Below are positions 14,001-29,713 of a stretch of DNA of 64,000 nt, in pieces. The notes beneath the pieces were generated by a model, which did not search any database, was not told where the DNA came from, and worked only from the letters and a program-made list of their open reading frames with translations. The position numbers and the translations under genes were made by a program. Each line of letters begins with the position of its first letter. Position 1 is the stretch's first letter. This DNA is from the human T2T-CHM13v2.0 reference genome, Homo sapiens. The stretch lies in assembly GCF_009914755.1 (NCBI RefSeq), contig NC_060927.1; one strand, given 5' to 3'.

Positions 14001-15414
14001 AGATGAAGTTTAGCATTTTCAATCACAACAGAATCAAGTTTACTTTTATAAGAGCCACTTCTTTATGTATTTTAGCTATTATTGGCAATAGGTAAGTTAA
14101 ACCCAGGTAGACATTTCTGACTCTGATTTTTATGTCATTAAATCCTTCAGGCTACGTATGTAGCAATGTATTGTTTTCTATTTGCATTTTCAGTTACAAA
14201 TCTTTTCAGGAACATGGCTTTTTGATACATACTTCTTGTGACGAAACTAGACATTCTGATGGACTTGGGCATTTCTATTCCCAGTTTGGTACAGAAGCAA
14301 TTAGAGATCAAGTGTGCGGAAAGAAAAAAAAATCAGCATGGAGGGACTATGCTCCTCTTTCATTCCACTCAGCCGCTTGTTCAAAGTGAGATGATCATCT
14401 TCCCATAATAATTAGAAGCAGTCATGGCTACAGATAAATAATTATCATTATTAAAAATTCCTGATCTTAAAATAATTTCAATTGATCATTTTTTATGATT
14501 GCATTGGTTACCCCAGATAAAAAATTAAGCATGTTAGTAAATACTTTGGCATGCAGACATACATCAATATTTTTTCCTTTTGTTTGTGTATGTGTATTAA
14601 TAGAATTTTTTAAAAGTAGGTCAAGGGTGGTTAAAATTACCCTGTTTTCTTCTTTATTTTTTTCTGTAAATTTTTTAAAACAACACTTAAAACCAAATGT
14701 CTAGATTTGGTACACATCAATAGAAAATACAAACAAGAAATAGAATGAACAGAGACCATTATTGATCCTTTACACAAAAGGAATTATTTTCTTTGGTCTT
14801 GGCTTTAAAAAGTGGTGTTTTCTCCCCCTTCCCTTCCTTTTCAATGAAGAAACCAACGAATCATTGTGTATGAGCTGAAGCTGCAAGGAATTACTGAAAA
14901 AGACCTGGAAAAAAAAAAGCATTATACCAAAGAGAGAAACACATTTCAAGTCAGGCTTATCTCCAGGATTTAGGCACATGCATCTTTTACTGTGTGCTGA
15001 ATGAATGAGGTTGAATAAAAGCCTGCATTGATGATGCCTTACACCCCCAACCACATTACTAAAATCCTTCTTTTTCTATAGAAATTGCCCAGTGTTCCAT
15101 TCCTTTTATTCTCTACATTGTTGTACCATAAACACCTAGTTTAAATGAACATGTGATGCCATTTTATAAGGCCTCTGGGGAGCGATTTATTTAAGTACGT
15201 GTTATAGCAAGAGGAAAAACTTGACACCCATTATGCCAGCATACTCCTCCATGTAAACAATGACATTTATATTCCTCTAAAGACTGATATTTATAATTCT
15301 AAATTTTAAACTAAAGTTGCAAGAAATAAGCTTTCCTTTTTTCAAAAAGACTATTCCAGTGTCTCCAGTCCATAAAGTATCATGAATGCATTTCTTTCAC
15401 TTACTTATTGTACA

Positions 15415-15823
15415 TGCTATTAGTCCATTTTCTGTTGCTTGTAACAGAATAATTGAAACTGGGTAATTTATAAAGAACAGGAATTTATTTCTTACAGTTA
15501 TGGAGGCTGAGAATTCCAAGGTCAAGGAGTCCCATCTGTTGAGACGCTTCTTGCTGATGGGGACTCTCTGAAGAGTCCTAGTGGGTATCACGTGGACAGG
15601 GGACTGAGCATGCTAATGTGCTAGCTCAAGTCTCTCTTTCTCTTTTTATAAAGCCACCAGTTCCACTGCCATGATAACCCATTGATCCACAAATGGATTT
15701 ATCTATTCATAAAGGCAGAGCCCTCATGATCCAATTACATCTTAAAGGCCCTGGTTCTCAATACTCCCACATTGAGGGTTAAGCTTCAACATGAGTTTTG
15801 TTGGGGAATATTCAAACCATAGA
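15415..15823 (-). mobile_element. MST (MSTC/D-like) solo LTR
   Basis: TATTAGTCCATTTTCTGTTGCT ... CAACATGAGTTTTG...ATTCAAACCATAG. Confidence 0.8.
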
Positions 15824-15847
15824 ATGCACATTTATCAAAAAAAATAC

Positions 15848-16143
15848 TTTTTTTTTTTTTGAGACAGAGTCTCATTCTGTCGCCCAGGCTGCTGTGCAGT
15901 GGTGCCATCTTGGCTCATGGCAAGCTCTGCCTTCCGGGTTCACGCCATTGTCCTGCCTCAGCCTCCTGAGTAGCTGGGACTACAGGCACCCGCCAGCACG
16001 CCCGGGTAATTTTTTTTGTATTTTTGGTAGAGACGGGGTTTCACTGTGTTAGCCAGGATGGTCTCAATCTCTTGACCTCGTGATCCGCCCGCCTCGGCTT
16101 CCCAAAGTGCTGGAGTTACAGGCATGAGCCACTGCACCTGGCT
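15848..16143 (-). mobile_element. AluY
   Basis: GCAAGCTCTGCC, TTCACGCCATT and GTTAGCCAGGATGG diagnostics. Confidence 0.93.
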
Positions 16144-16569
16144 CATCATACATTTTTTTTTTAAAGCTCAACCTTCGCAACTAGCATTTTTTACTATTTA
16201 CCATCATTGTTCATTTTAAGTAGAAACAGTTTTGATGTCAGCTTTCTTCACTTGATATGATATCATATACATTTTACTCTGATTTTACATTCTGTTCTTA
16301 ATATCTTATTGTAAGCATATATATATATAATTTTCAAAGCCATTAAAGCTATTTACATTTTTTTCTTATGAATCACACTGTAATAAACTGTGCAGATAAG
16401 TTTTCATAATTTGAGTGAGATAAAATTTTAGGAATAGAATGCTATTTTAATGACCTTCTTTCCTGAATGTAAGAAGTTGAGTCAGTATCTCAATTTAGTC
16501 ACTTTCTTTCTGAAATGGATAAGTAAAATCCAAGTCTTTTACACAACTTCACAACAGGTTAATAACTCA

Positions 16570-16688
16570 GCCTTAGTGTCACTAGGCTCAGGTCTTCATT
16601 CAATCTCCAACACATATATGACTTTTGGGAAGTCATGTTGTACCTCCTGTGATTCTTAGTTATCTCATTTTAAAATGGAAATGGCAAC
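16570..16688 (+). mobile_element. MIR fragment
   Basis: TGACTTTTGGGAAGTCA...CTTAGTTATCTCATTTTAAAATGG resembles the MIR core. Confidence 0.55.
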
Positions 16689-16689
16689 T

Positions 16690-17453
16690 TCTGGTTTCTG
16701 GTCCTGCATGTAAGGAGCTTAGCGATCATCACTTTATTCTAAAAACAAGTAAAAAGCCAAGGAATCAGGAACACGGCTACCCCTAAAACTGGAGAGACAT
16801 ACAGGTGGATGCAAAGAACTACTGCTCAGAGCAGAAACCCACGAGCAGAAATCTGTGGAACCGCTGTCAGGGTAGGGAAAACTGAATGTTAATTGACCAA
16901 TTGCTGGGGACTTAGTGTGTAGACAACCCTGAGAGTTAAAACCTCCAGGAGGACCCGGTCGCCACGGTCCGGCATACCTTTGTGAGTTTTACCTCCCGGA
17001 GCTCTGCCAGGTCCTCACAGTGAATACTAAAGAAAAATTCCCTTGAGCTTCTACAGAGGGAGGGAAAAGGAAACCACTTTTTAAAATGTCAGAGCTTTAT
17101 GTTCTTAACAAGGTCTGCTCCCTGGAGAAACTATTTTATCAGAACCTAACCCGCTGGGGTTTTAGCAGAGCCTACTCTACCTGGGGGAAGGGAAATACCC
17201 AATCCTAGTTCTCCCTAGCTTTCCATGTGAGGAAATTAAAACCCAGAACTCTAGCTCCCTCAGGCCACCCTGAACCATGTAAGAGGGTGATACACTGAAA
17301 ATCACTGAAGTTCAAAGTCCAGAGGCACAGGCTTCCCAAAGTGCTGAGACCTAATCATAAGATGGTAGAATGTTCCCCATCCCCCACACCTTATCACTAC
17401 AGCTCCTCTTAATCAGTATATCGTGTCCACCTTTCAACAAGAAATTATAAAGT
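16690..17453 (+). mobile_element. L1M 5' UTR, probably the 5' end of the L1MC-like copy at 23091-26975
   Basis: ACTTCTGGTTTCTGG start; GC-richer L1 5' UTR-like sequence ending in an ORF1 lead-in (CAACAAGAAATTATAA). Confidence 0.55.
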
Positions 17454-17994
17454 TGTCAGCCTAAAACAAAGACATTAGAGGAAAACATCTCTTAATATGT
17501 TGAATTTGTTCCAGAATTAGAAAAGGGGATTATAATCCAGATGCGTGGCCACTGCAAGCCACATGTGCATCTGGTGAGGGAAGTGGAAAGGGAAGCTTTT
17601 ACTGGCAAAAAGGAGTTCACATGAGCTGCTTAAAAATAGAGATCATGATCCTGAAGGCTTAAAGCCAGAATTGGCACCAGTTCATGGGTGGAGGTGCCAT
17701 TATGGGACAAGAGTTCTTTCTAGAGCATCTTATTTGAATATCGCAGTGTTAACTAATGTCTAGTAATAAACCTTGTCATAGAAATATGGGCATATGTACA
17801 AAATGTACAAGCTATGCAAAGGAGGAGATGTGTGAAAGATGTGAAGAAATTTCTTGTGGGGTTTTAGGAAAATTCTTGGAAAGAGTTTGTATCTCACACA
17901 TGCAAGCATGAGCCCCAACCTTTTGTGTCTTTCTGGCCCTATTTTGTCTGTGTCTGACAAGAGTGACTTCATGTTAGTATCTGCAACCTTTACT
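17454..17994 (-). mobile_element. ERV1 (MER4-group, MER67-like) 3' LTR
   Basis: LTR-like termini; preceded on the minus strand by polypurine tract AAAAGGAGGAAA (17995-18006). Confidence 0.65.
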
Positions 17995-19420
17995 TTCCTC
18001 CTTTTGACCAAAATCTTTTTTTCTGAAAGCATTGCTGATCAGTTAGCCTGTAGTCAGGTTTTAATTGTCTCTTGGATCTCTGATGGACATTTCCTGGTTA
18101 GTTTGATATGGTTCCACTTTGTAGGGAGGTGATGGATAGCTGGAAGTTAGTGTTAAGACCCTTTTAGCAACATTTGAGCAATAATAAGAAGGCCAGAAGG
18201 AGAACCACTCAGGCTTAATTCTGGTAGATGTTATTGTTAAATTTGATTTTTCTGTTCCATAGGTGTTGGCCATCATTTCAAAGTGCTGGGCCAACTTTTT
18301 CTTTTGTCAGGACATGTATTTTTGCAGTGATATGTCAGATAACAGCCATAAAGTTTAAAATGAAAAATATAAAGCAAAAATAACAGCAATATGATAATCC
18401 CAGTCTGTGTAATGGTTCTAAGTCATGAACCTAGACTTAAAGGCAACCAGCTGAAAGGATCAAATGACCATGGGGAACTACATGAGACTTGTAGCCAGGT
18501 GGCTGTTCTCTTATTTTCTATAACTTCTCTCTTATTTTGTCACCCTCCCCCAAGGAGCTTATCCAGGTACAGCATATAATATTAATATTAGCAAGAATAG
18601 AGACACCACCTCACTCATTAATAGATCATCAAGAACAATTCTATTATCTAAGATTACCCTGGCAAGAGAAACTAGTGCTGTTGTGCGGTGATAGCTTTTG
18701 CAGTCAAGCCTGTAAAAATTGCTAGGGTAGCAGACACATGTAAAAAAATCATTTCTTGATTAGTGGCAACACCTTACCAAGGTACAAAAGTTCTACCAAA
18801 GGATACAAATCCAGAGTCCCTGAACCCACCAGGTAAATCACATTTGACTTTTTGATGTAGTGAGAGGGGGCTAGTCTAAAGATTGCTCCAGTCATAACTT
18901 TCAGATCTATTATCTATTGACAATAGAGCAGTCAAATATCCCAACCCATTTTGGCCTTCTGTTATCCAAGTCTCTAAGTATCTGGAGGCTCATGCTGAGT
19001 TGCCCCACTGACTAAAGTAAATATGCCCAATAGGAGCACAGTTTTTTATTTTATTTTATTTGTTATTTTTTGTACAACATAGAAGTAAATCAGGGTCAGT
19101 TATTTCACCACAAGCTGTTAATAGCATCTCCTCCTTAATCTGGTCCCAATGATTGCTTTTACATATGTTAGGGAGTCCTAATAAATTGTTTAGAAAGGAG
19201 GATCCAATGCATATCTCTGAGATATAATTGGGAGGCCATCAGTTTAAGGTGAGGCAGGAAACAAGAGTTAAGAGAAATGAAGAAGCTGAATTCTACAGGA
19301 GGGTCCAATGGAGCAATTTGTAAGGTGGCTGGACCTGGGATGTTAGTAAAATCTGTTACAGGTTGAACTGGTGGGGGTGGAAGTCACTAGAATCCATCTG
19401 TTGTGTTCTGATGATAAATC
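17995..19420 (-). pseudogene. ERV1 internal region with decayed env gene
   Basis: Minus-strand translation around 18560-18672 gives SLARVILDNRIVLDDLL, then after frameshifts GGV.ILAN and CCTWI (TM immunosuppressive domain and CX6CC relic). Confidence 0.75.
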
Positions 19421-20940
19421 TGTATTAGTCACGGTTCTCTAGAACTCTCACTCACTCCCTTTCCTCAGGCTTCTCAATTTCCTGAAACACAAAAATGTGG
19501 AAAATAGGCCAGTCTATAACTTCTCAATGGCCTCTAAATGTTCAAGTGAAAGGAAGAGCTGTATGTCTTTCATTTTAAATCAAAAGCTAGAAATGATTAA
19601 GCTTAGTGAGGATGGTATGTCTAAAGCTGAGATAGGGCAAAAATAGGCCTCTTGCACCAAACAGTCAAGTTGTGAACGCAAAGAAAAAGTTCTTGAAGGA
19701 AATTAAAAGTGTTAACTCAGTGAACACATGAATGATAAGAAAGCAAAACAGCCTTATTACTGATATGGAGAAAATTTTAGTGTTCTGATTAGATCAAAGT
19801 TGCCACACCATTCCCTTAAGCCAAAGCCTAATTCAAAACAAGACCCAACTCTTCAATTCTATGAAGAGTAAGAGAGGTGAGGAAGCTGCAGAAGAAACAT
19901 CTGCAGTTAGCAGAAATTAGTTCATGAGGTTTAAGAAAAGAAGCTGTCTTCATAACAAAATGCAAGGTGAAGCAGCAAGTGCTGATGTAGAAGCTGCAGC
20001 AGGTTATCCACAAGCTAAGAAAATTGATGAATGTGACTAGACTAAACAATAGATTTTCAGTGTAGGCCAAACAGCCTTTTATTGGAAGAAGATGCCATAT
20101 AGCACTTTCGTAGCTAAGGAGAAGTCAATGCCTGGCTTCAATGCATCAAAGACAGGCTGACTCTCTTGTTAGGGACCAATGCAGATGATGACTAAGTTGA
20201 AACCAATGCTTATTTACCATTCCAAAAATCCTTGATAATTTTGCTAAATCTACTCTTCCTGTACTCTATAAATGGAACAATAAGCCTGAATTACTGAATA
20301 TTTTAAGCCCACTGTGGAGACATATTGCCTTGAAAGATTCCTTTCAAAACAGTGCTGCTCATTGGCAGTACAGCTGGTCACCCAAGAGTTCTAATGGAGT
20401 TGTGCAAGAAGATTAATGTTGTTTTCATGTCTGCTAACACAATACCCATTCTGTGGCACATGAATCAAAGAGTCATTTAAACTTTTAAGTCTTATTATTT
20501 CAGAAATACATTTCCTGAGGCTATAGCTGCCATAGATAGTGATTCCTCTGATGGATCTGGGTGAAGTAAATTGAAACCTTCTGGAAAGCATTTGCCATTC
20601 TATATGCCACTGAGAACATTATAATTCATGAGAGGAGGTCAAAATATCAACATTAAGTTTGAAGTTTGAAGAACGTGGATGTAAAACCTTATGGATGACT
20701 TTAAGGGGTTCAAGACTTCAGTAGAAGAAGTAACTGCGGATGTGGTAGACATACCAAGATAACTAGAATTAGAAGTGGAGCCTATAGATGTGACTGAATT
20801 ACTGCAACCTTATGATTAAACCTGAACAAATGAGAAGTTGCGTTTTATGGAAAAGCAAAGAAGGTGGTTTCTTGAGATGGGATCTACTCCCAGTGAAGAC
20901 ACCATGAACATCATTGAAATGACAACAAAGAATTTAGAAA

Positions 20941-21472
20941 ATAGAACTTCCATTTAGCCCAGCAATCCCACTACTGGATATCTACCCAGAGGAAATGAAA
21001 TCTTCTACTAAAAGACACATGCATCGTATTTTATTGCAGCACTGTTTGCAATAGCAAAGTCATAGAATCAACCTAAGTGCTCATCAACAGAAGATTGGAT
21101 AAAAAAAATGTAGTACATATTGACCATGGAGTACTACACAGCCACAAAAAAGAAGGAAATCATGTTATTTGCAGCAACATGGATACACCTGGAGGGCATT
21201 ATCCAAGTGAATTAATGCAGGAATAGAAAACCAATTACTACATGTTCTTATTTTTAAGTAGGCACTTAACAATGGGTACACAGGAGCATACATATGCAAA
21301 CAATAGACACTGGAACTCCAAAAGGGAGGGCAAGGGTTGAAAACTACCTATTGGACGCTGTGTACACTATTTGGGTGACGGGTTCAACAAAAGCCCAAAC
21401 CCCAACATTATACAATATACCCACATAACGAACCTGCTCATGTACACTTGAATCTAAAATAATTTTAAAAAG
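20941..21472 (+). mobile_element. L1PB-like 3' fragment inserted in Tigger1
   Basis: L1 3' UTR; flanked by AATTTAGAA on both sides (TSD-like). Confidence 0.85.
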
Positions 21473-21834
21473 AGAAATTTAGAATATTACATATTAGTTA
21501 ATAAAGAAAAAGCAGAGTTTGAAAATATTGACTTATAGTTTGAAAGAAATTCTATTGTGGGTAAAATACTGTGAAACATTGCATGCTACAGAGAAACCTT
21601 TCATGAAAGGAAGAGTCAACAGATGCAACAAACTTAATTGTTGAAGTTATTTTAAGAAATTAATTGCCACAGCCAAGCAAGCCTTCAGGAACCACCACTC
21701 TGATCACTCAGCAGCCATCGACATCAAGGTGAGACCTTCCATCAGCAAGAAGATTATGGCTCTCTAAAGGCTCAAATGATCTTTAGCATTTTTTATCCAT
21801 AAAATATTTTTAAATTAAGATATGTGCATTTGTT

Positions 21835-22612
21835 ATTGACATATAACAACATACATGTGAGTGTTTGTTACATGCATAGAATGTGAAATGAGCAAATCAG
21901 GTTATGTGGGGTATTCATCACCTTGAGTGTTTACCATTTGTATGTGTTGGTATCATTTCAAGTTCTCTCCTTTAGTTACTTTGAAATATACATAATATTG
22001 TTGCTAATTATAGTCATCCTAGTCTGCTATCAAATATTAGAACTTATTTCTTCTACCTAATTGTATGTTTGCACCCATAGCCAACCTCTCTTTACTTCCC
22101 AACCCCTGACCCTTCCCAGAATCTAGTATCTATTGTTCTATTTTGAATGTCTGTGAGCTTAAATTTTTTAGCTCCCACATGTGAGTGAGAACATGTGGTA
22201 TCTGTCTTTCTGTGCCTGGCTTATTTCACTTAACATAATGACCTCCAGCTCCATCCATGTTGCTGCAAATGATGTGATTTCATCTTTTTTTTGTGACCAA
22301 ATAGTATTCTATTGTGTATATACACCACATTTTCTTCATCCGTTTATCCACTGATGGACACTTATGTTGATTCTGTATCTTTGTTGTTTTGAATAGAACT
22401 GGGATAAATGTGCAGTTGATATTCTGATTTCTTTTCCCTTGGATAGATACCCTATAGTGAGATTTCTGGATCACGTGGTAGTTCTATTTTTAGTTTAGTT
22501 TTTTTTTTTTTTGAGAAATCTCCATACGTTTTCTATAGTGCTTGTACTAATTTACATTCCCAACAATAGTATATGAGAGTTCCCTTTTCTCTATGTCCTT
22601 GCCAGCATCTGG
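21835..22612 (-). mobile_element. L1MA4/5-like 3' fragment inserted in Tigger1
   Basis: Antisense L1MA 3' UTR (CTGTGCCTGGCTTATTTCACTTAACATAATG). Confidence 0.85.
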
Positions 22613-22657
22613 TATTAAGCACTTAATAAAATACAGTATAATGTAAACATTACTTTT

Positions 22658-22977
22658 TCTTTTTATTATTTATTTATTTATTTTTTTTTGAGATGGAGTC
22701 TCGCTCTGTCATCCAGGCTGGAGCACAGTGCACAGTGGCACCATCTCGGCTCGCTGAAACCTCCGCCTCCCTGGTTTAAGCGATTCTCCTGCCTCAGCCT
22801 CCCAAGTAGCTGGGATTACAGGTGCGTGTCACCACGTCCGGATAATTTTTTGTATTTTTAGTAGAGACGGGGTTTCACCATGTTAGCCAGGATCATCTTG
22901 ATCTCCTGACCTCGTGATCCGACTGCCTAGGCCTCCTGAAGTGCTGGGATTACAGGCGTGAGCCACCATGCCCAGCC
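22658..22977 (-). mobile_element. AluSc-like element
   Basis: Full dimer; TSD CATTACTTTT at 22648-22657 and 22978-22987. Confidence 0.93.
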
Positions 22978-23090
22978 CATTACTTTTATATGTACTGAGA
23001 AACAATAAAATTTGTGTGACTCATTTTATCACGATACTTGCTTTATTGTGGGTGGGACCAAATCCACAATAGCTTAGAGGTATGCCTGTA

Positions 23091-26975
<3,885 letters not shown>

Positions 26976-29141
26976 ATGGAAATTGTAATGCTTACTTGAC
27001 CATAGAGGTGAGTATGTATATTGGAATATGTGAGAGCAATACAAATGTAAATAATTAAGTTGTTGTAGATTCAAGATAATCATAAAATTGATAAGTTTGT
27101 TAACACTTGTGTAATTTAGACATAAAGAAAAAATCCATGACGTAAGAGAATATTAATGCAACTATTTTTCATTAAAAATTATCTAAAAAGTGAGATGATC
27201 ATGTCCTGGTAATAGTTACATTGTTGTTCTAGAGAAAGCATTATGAGCTTTTATGAAACATTTCTGAGTTTTAAAAAATCGATGCTTCCAATTTGAAAAA
27301 AGTGCTGGTAGAAAAAGATGTCAATAGAGAAACAGCTCAATGATCTTTAAATTGTGTTTGTAGGCCTCCCTTGGGCAATAGTTTTGAAAATCTTGACATT
27401 CCGAGTGTTTCTTTATGGGTTCTGAAGATCTCTGGCAGAACCAAGCATCAGAAGTATTTCAGACAGCTAAAGAGTTGTAGCCTTTATCCTCAAGGCACAT
27501 GTCATTTTTAATCATGTCTGACTTTTCCTTCATTTTCTAGTCTAAAACGGGACCAGTTTCTAACACTTAAAATAAGTACAGAGCTCTCTTGCTCTAGGAT
27601 CTATGCTAAATATAGTATAAACATTTTTTTTTTTCAGTGAAAGCTTCTATCTGATTGTCTTTGTTTTTATCAGCTTTAATTGTTCAAATCTATTATTCTA
27701 AATTATTTTCATCTTGGGAATTAATGATTACTTAACAGTCATTTGGAATATGTTTTATGAGGCATTTAAACAGCCTACAGATGTGACATGGTATTTACAT
27801 CAATGTGCATTTTCATAAAAAGTTTATGCTTCTATTTTAGTTTTCAGCAGTAACTGCCTATTTTAATTCAAATAATTAATTTGAATTAATTCAAATTAAC
27901 TCCATTACAAATGGTCTGATAAGGTTTTTCTAGCAGCTTGGTGTGAGGGAAGGAGGTATGGTTTGGTTAATAGGTACTCAGTAACCTGGCTACACTATTT
28001 TGGTGGAATAAAAACTATTTAACTTGGTTTTTACCCTGACAAACAATTGAGTATCTACATGTTATATAAAATTATTAAAATCATGTCAGATTGTTGGTTA
28101 TTGTTAATTTTAGGATTTAGCCTTGGAGAATCAAGAGATAATGTTAGGGTTTAACAGCATCTCTCTATTGTTTTCACATAATCTGAAATAAGGAAAGTCA
28201 GTGAAAAGATGAACAGGAGAGTCAGAACTATGGAGAAGCATTTGAGAACACATATATGAATAAAGGGTGTTGATAATTTTGGTTAGATGAGTATGTAGTA
28301 TCAGGATTATAGTTCAAATGAAAGTTAACATATATGAAATCTGAGAAGATTGCTGCTCCATTGGTTCTTTATTTCTCCAATTATAGGTCATCATATTTAA
28401 AGCTAACATAGAGTTACGGAGAATGAAGTGAATGTCCTGGTGGCCTTGTATGATACTCCCAGTTATGAATTCTGAGATAACGGGTTAATCTGGAGTCCTA
28501 TTTTTGTGAGTGTTTAATTGCTTCCTGAGAGCAAGGAAATATAGAGCCCAATAATCTGTCCCCTTAGAACATGAGAGAAAGAAGAAATGACTCTGATAAG
28601 GTTATGCAAGAGGTCATCCTGAGGATGACAGTGGAGTGGGGGATTTTTAAGCTTGTTTTCTTACCTGAAACAGTAGCTTATGATCAATAAGGAAAATATG
28701 CATTAGTTTGTAACCTTTAATTCTCTTTGATTTTATTTCTATAGAACTCCTTCAATTACCTAATAAACAAGACTATAAAACTGAAACCTCGGGTGGCAAT
28801 CTGGAAACCTAAAGGTCTGCAAGAGTTGGAAGGAAAAAAAAAGTTTCCTCTCTTTGTGGCAGTAGATCTAGCTCAAGAAATGAGGAGTGAGGTGTGGTAG
28901 TCTCTGTGTTTTGTGAGTAGCAAGAGAGCAAGTCAGCAGGCATGTTGGAGAGTGAGCCTGGGAAGCATGCAGAGCGGGAAGAGCTAGAGGGTTCAGAGGC
29001 CCTTTCATAATAGTAAGGACAGGGCTCAGAAGCCAGCATAGCCTAGGCAACAAACAAACAAATAAATCAACCAAAGCAAGTCCTAGAGAATTATCAAATA
29101 TTTGTTGAATTGAATTAAAATAGGTAGTTAAAATGAAAATC

Positions 29142-29200
29142 AGTATTGGTTTATTAACTTTATGAAGGTTAGTATTGGTTTATTAACTTTAGATCAGGTT
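29142..29200. repeat. 29-bp tandem duplication
   Basis: AGTATTGGTTTATTAACTTTA at 29142 and 29171. Confidence 0.85.
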
Positions 29201-29567
29201 TATTTAAGGACTTATTATTACACAGTGCTTAGACTTTTATCCTTTGCCTTTGGAGTGGGCATTTTATGCATCAACATGCCTAATGCTTGTTAGGGATTAG
29301 TGGAATTAACAGAGCATCACCTGGTTGGCCTCTGGTGCCCCCTTCTCAGTTGATATAGGCCCAAATCATCTCATAGAGTCTATAACCTCACAGGATAAGA
29401 GGAGAGAATTATCCATTCTACACTCTATACTAATAAGCTTCCAAAACTTATATTATCTTTGGAAATCCTTGCCTCTTACCTGAAGGATAAAGTGGCTGAG
29501 GGTATGGAGGCTAGTTTTCAGTGTTTTATGACAATGTTAAACAACAATGATTTTCCTCCATAATAAT

Positions 29568-29667
29568 CACCTAGATGACGGGTTGATGAGTGCAGCAAAC
29601 CACCGTGGCACATGTATACCTATGTAACAAACCTGTACGTTCAGCACGTGTATCCCAAAACGTAAAG

Positions 29668-29699
<32 letters not shown>

Positions 29700-29713
29700 C
29701 AAAAACAAAAAAA
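29568..29713 (+). mobile_element. Short L1PA 3' end with (AAAAC)n tail
   Basis: GATGACGGGTTGATGAGTGCAGCAAACCACC...ATGTAACAAACCTG. Confidence 0.88.

Larger units (their letters stand above)
19447..23088 (+). mobile_element. Tigger1 DNA transposon, 5' end missing, decayed transposase, three nested insertions
   Basis: ATGGCCTCTAAATGTTCAAGTGAAAGGAAGAG...AAAAGCTAGAAATGATTAAGCTTAGTGAGG; right terminus GAGGTATGCCTG followed by TA. Confidence 0.92.

Noticed and set aside
19527-21800. Possible domesticated Tigger transposase (TIGD1-like)
   Set aside because: Many stops and frameshifts plus an L1 insertion; an ordinary decayed Tigger1.
28613-28629. GTCATCCT-G-AGGATGAC inverted repeat
   Set aside because: 8-bp arms are expected by chance in 64 kb.
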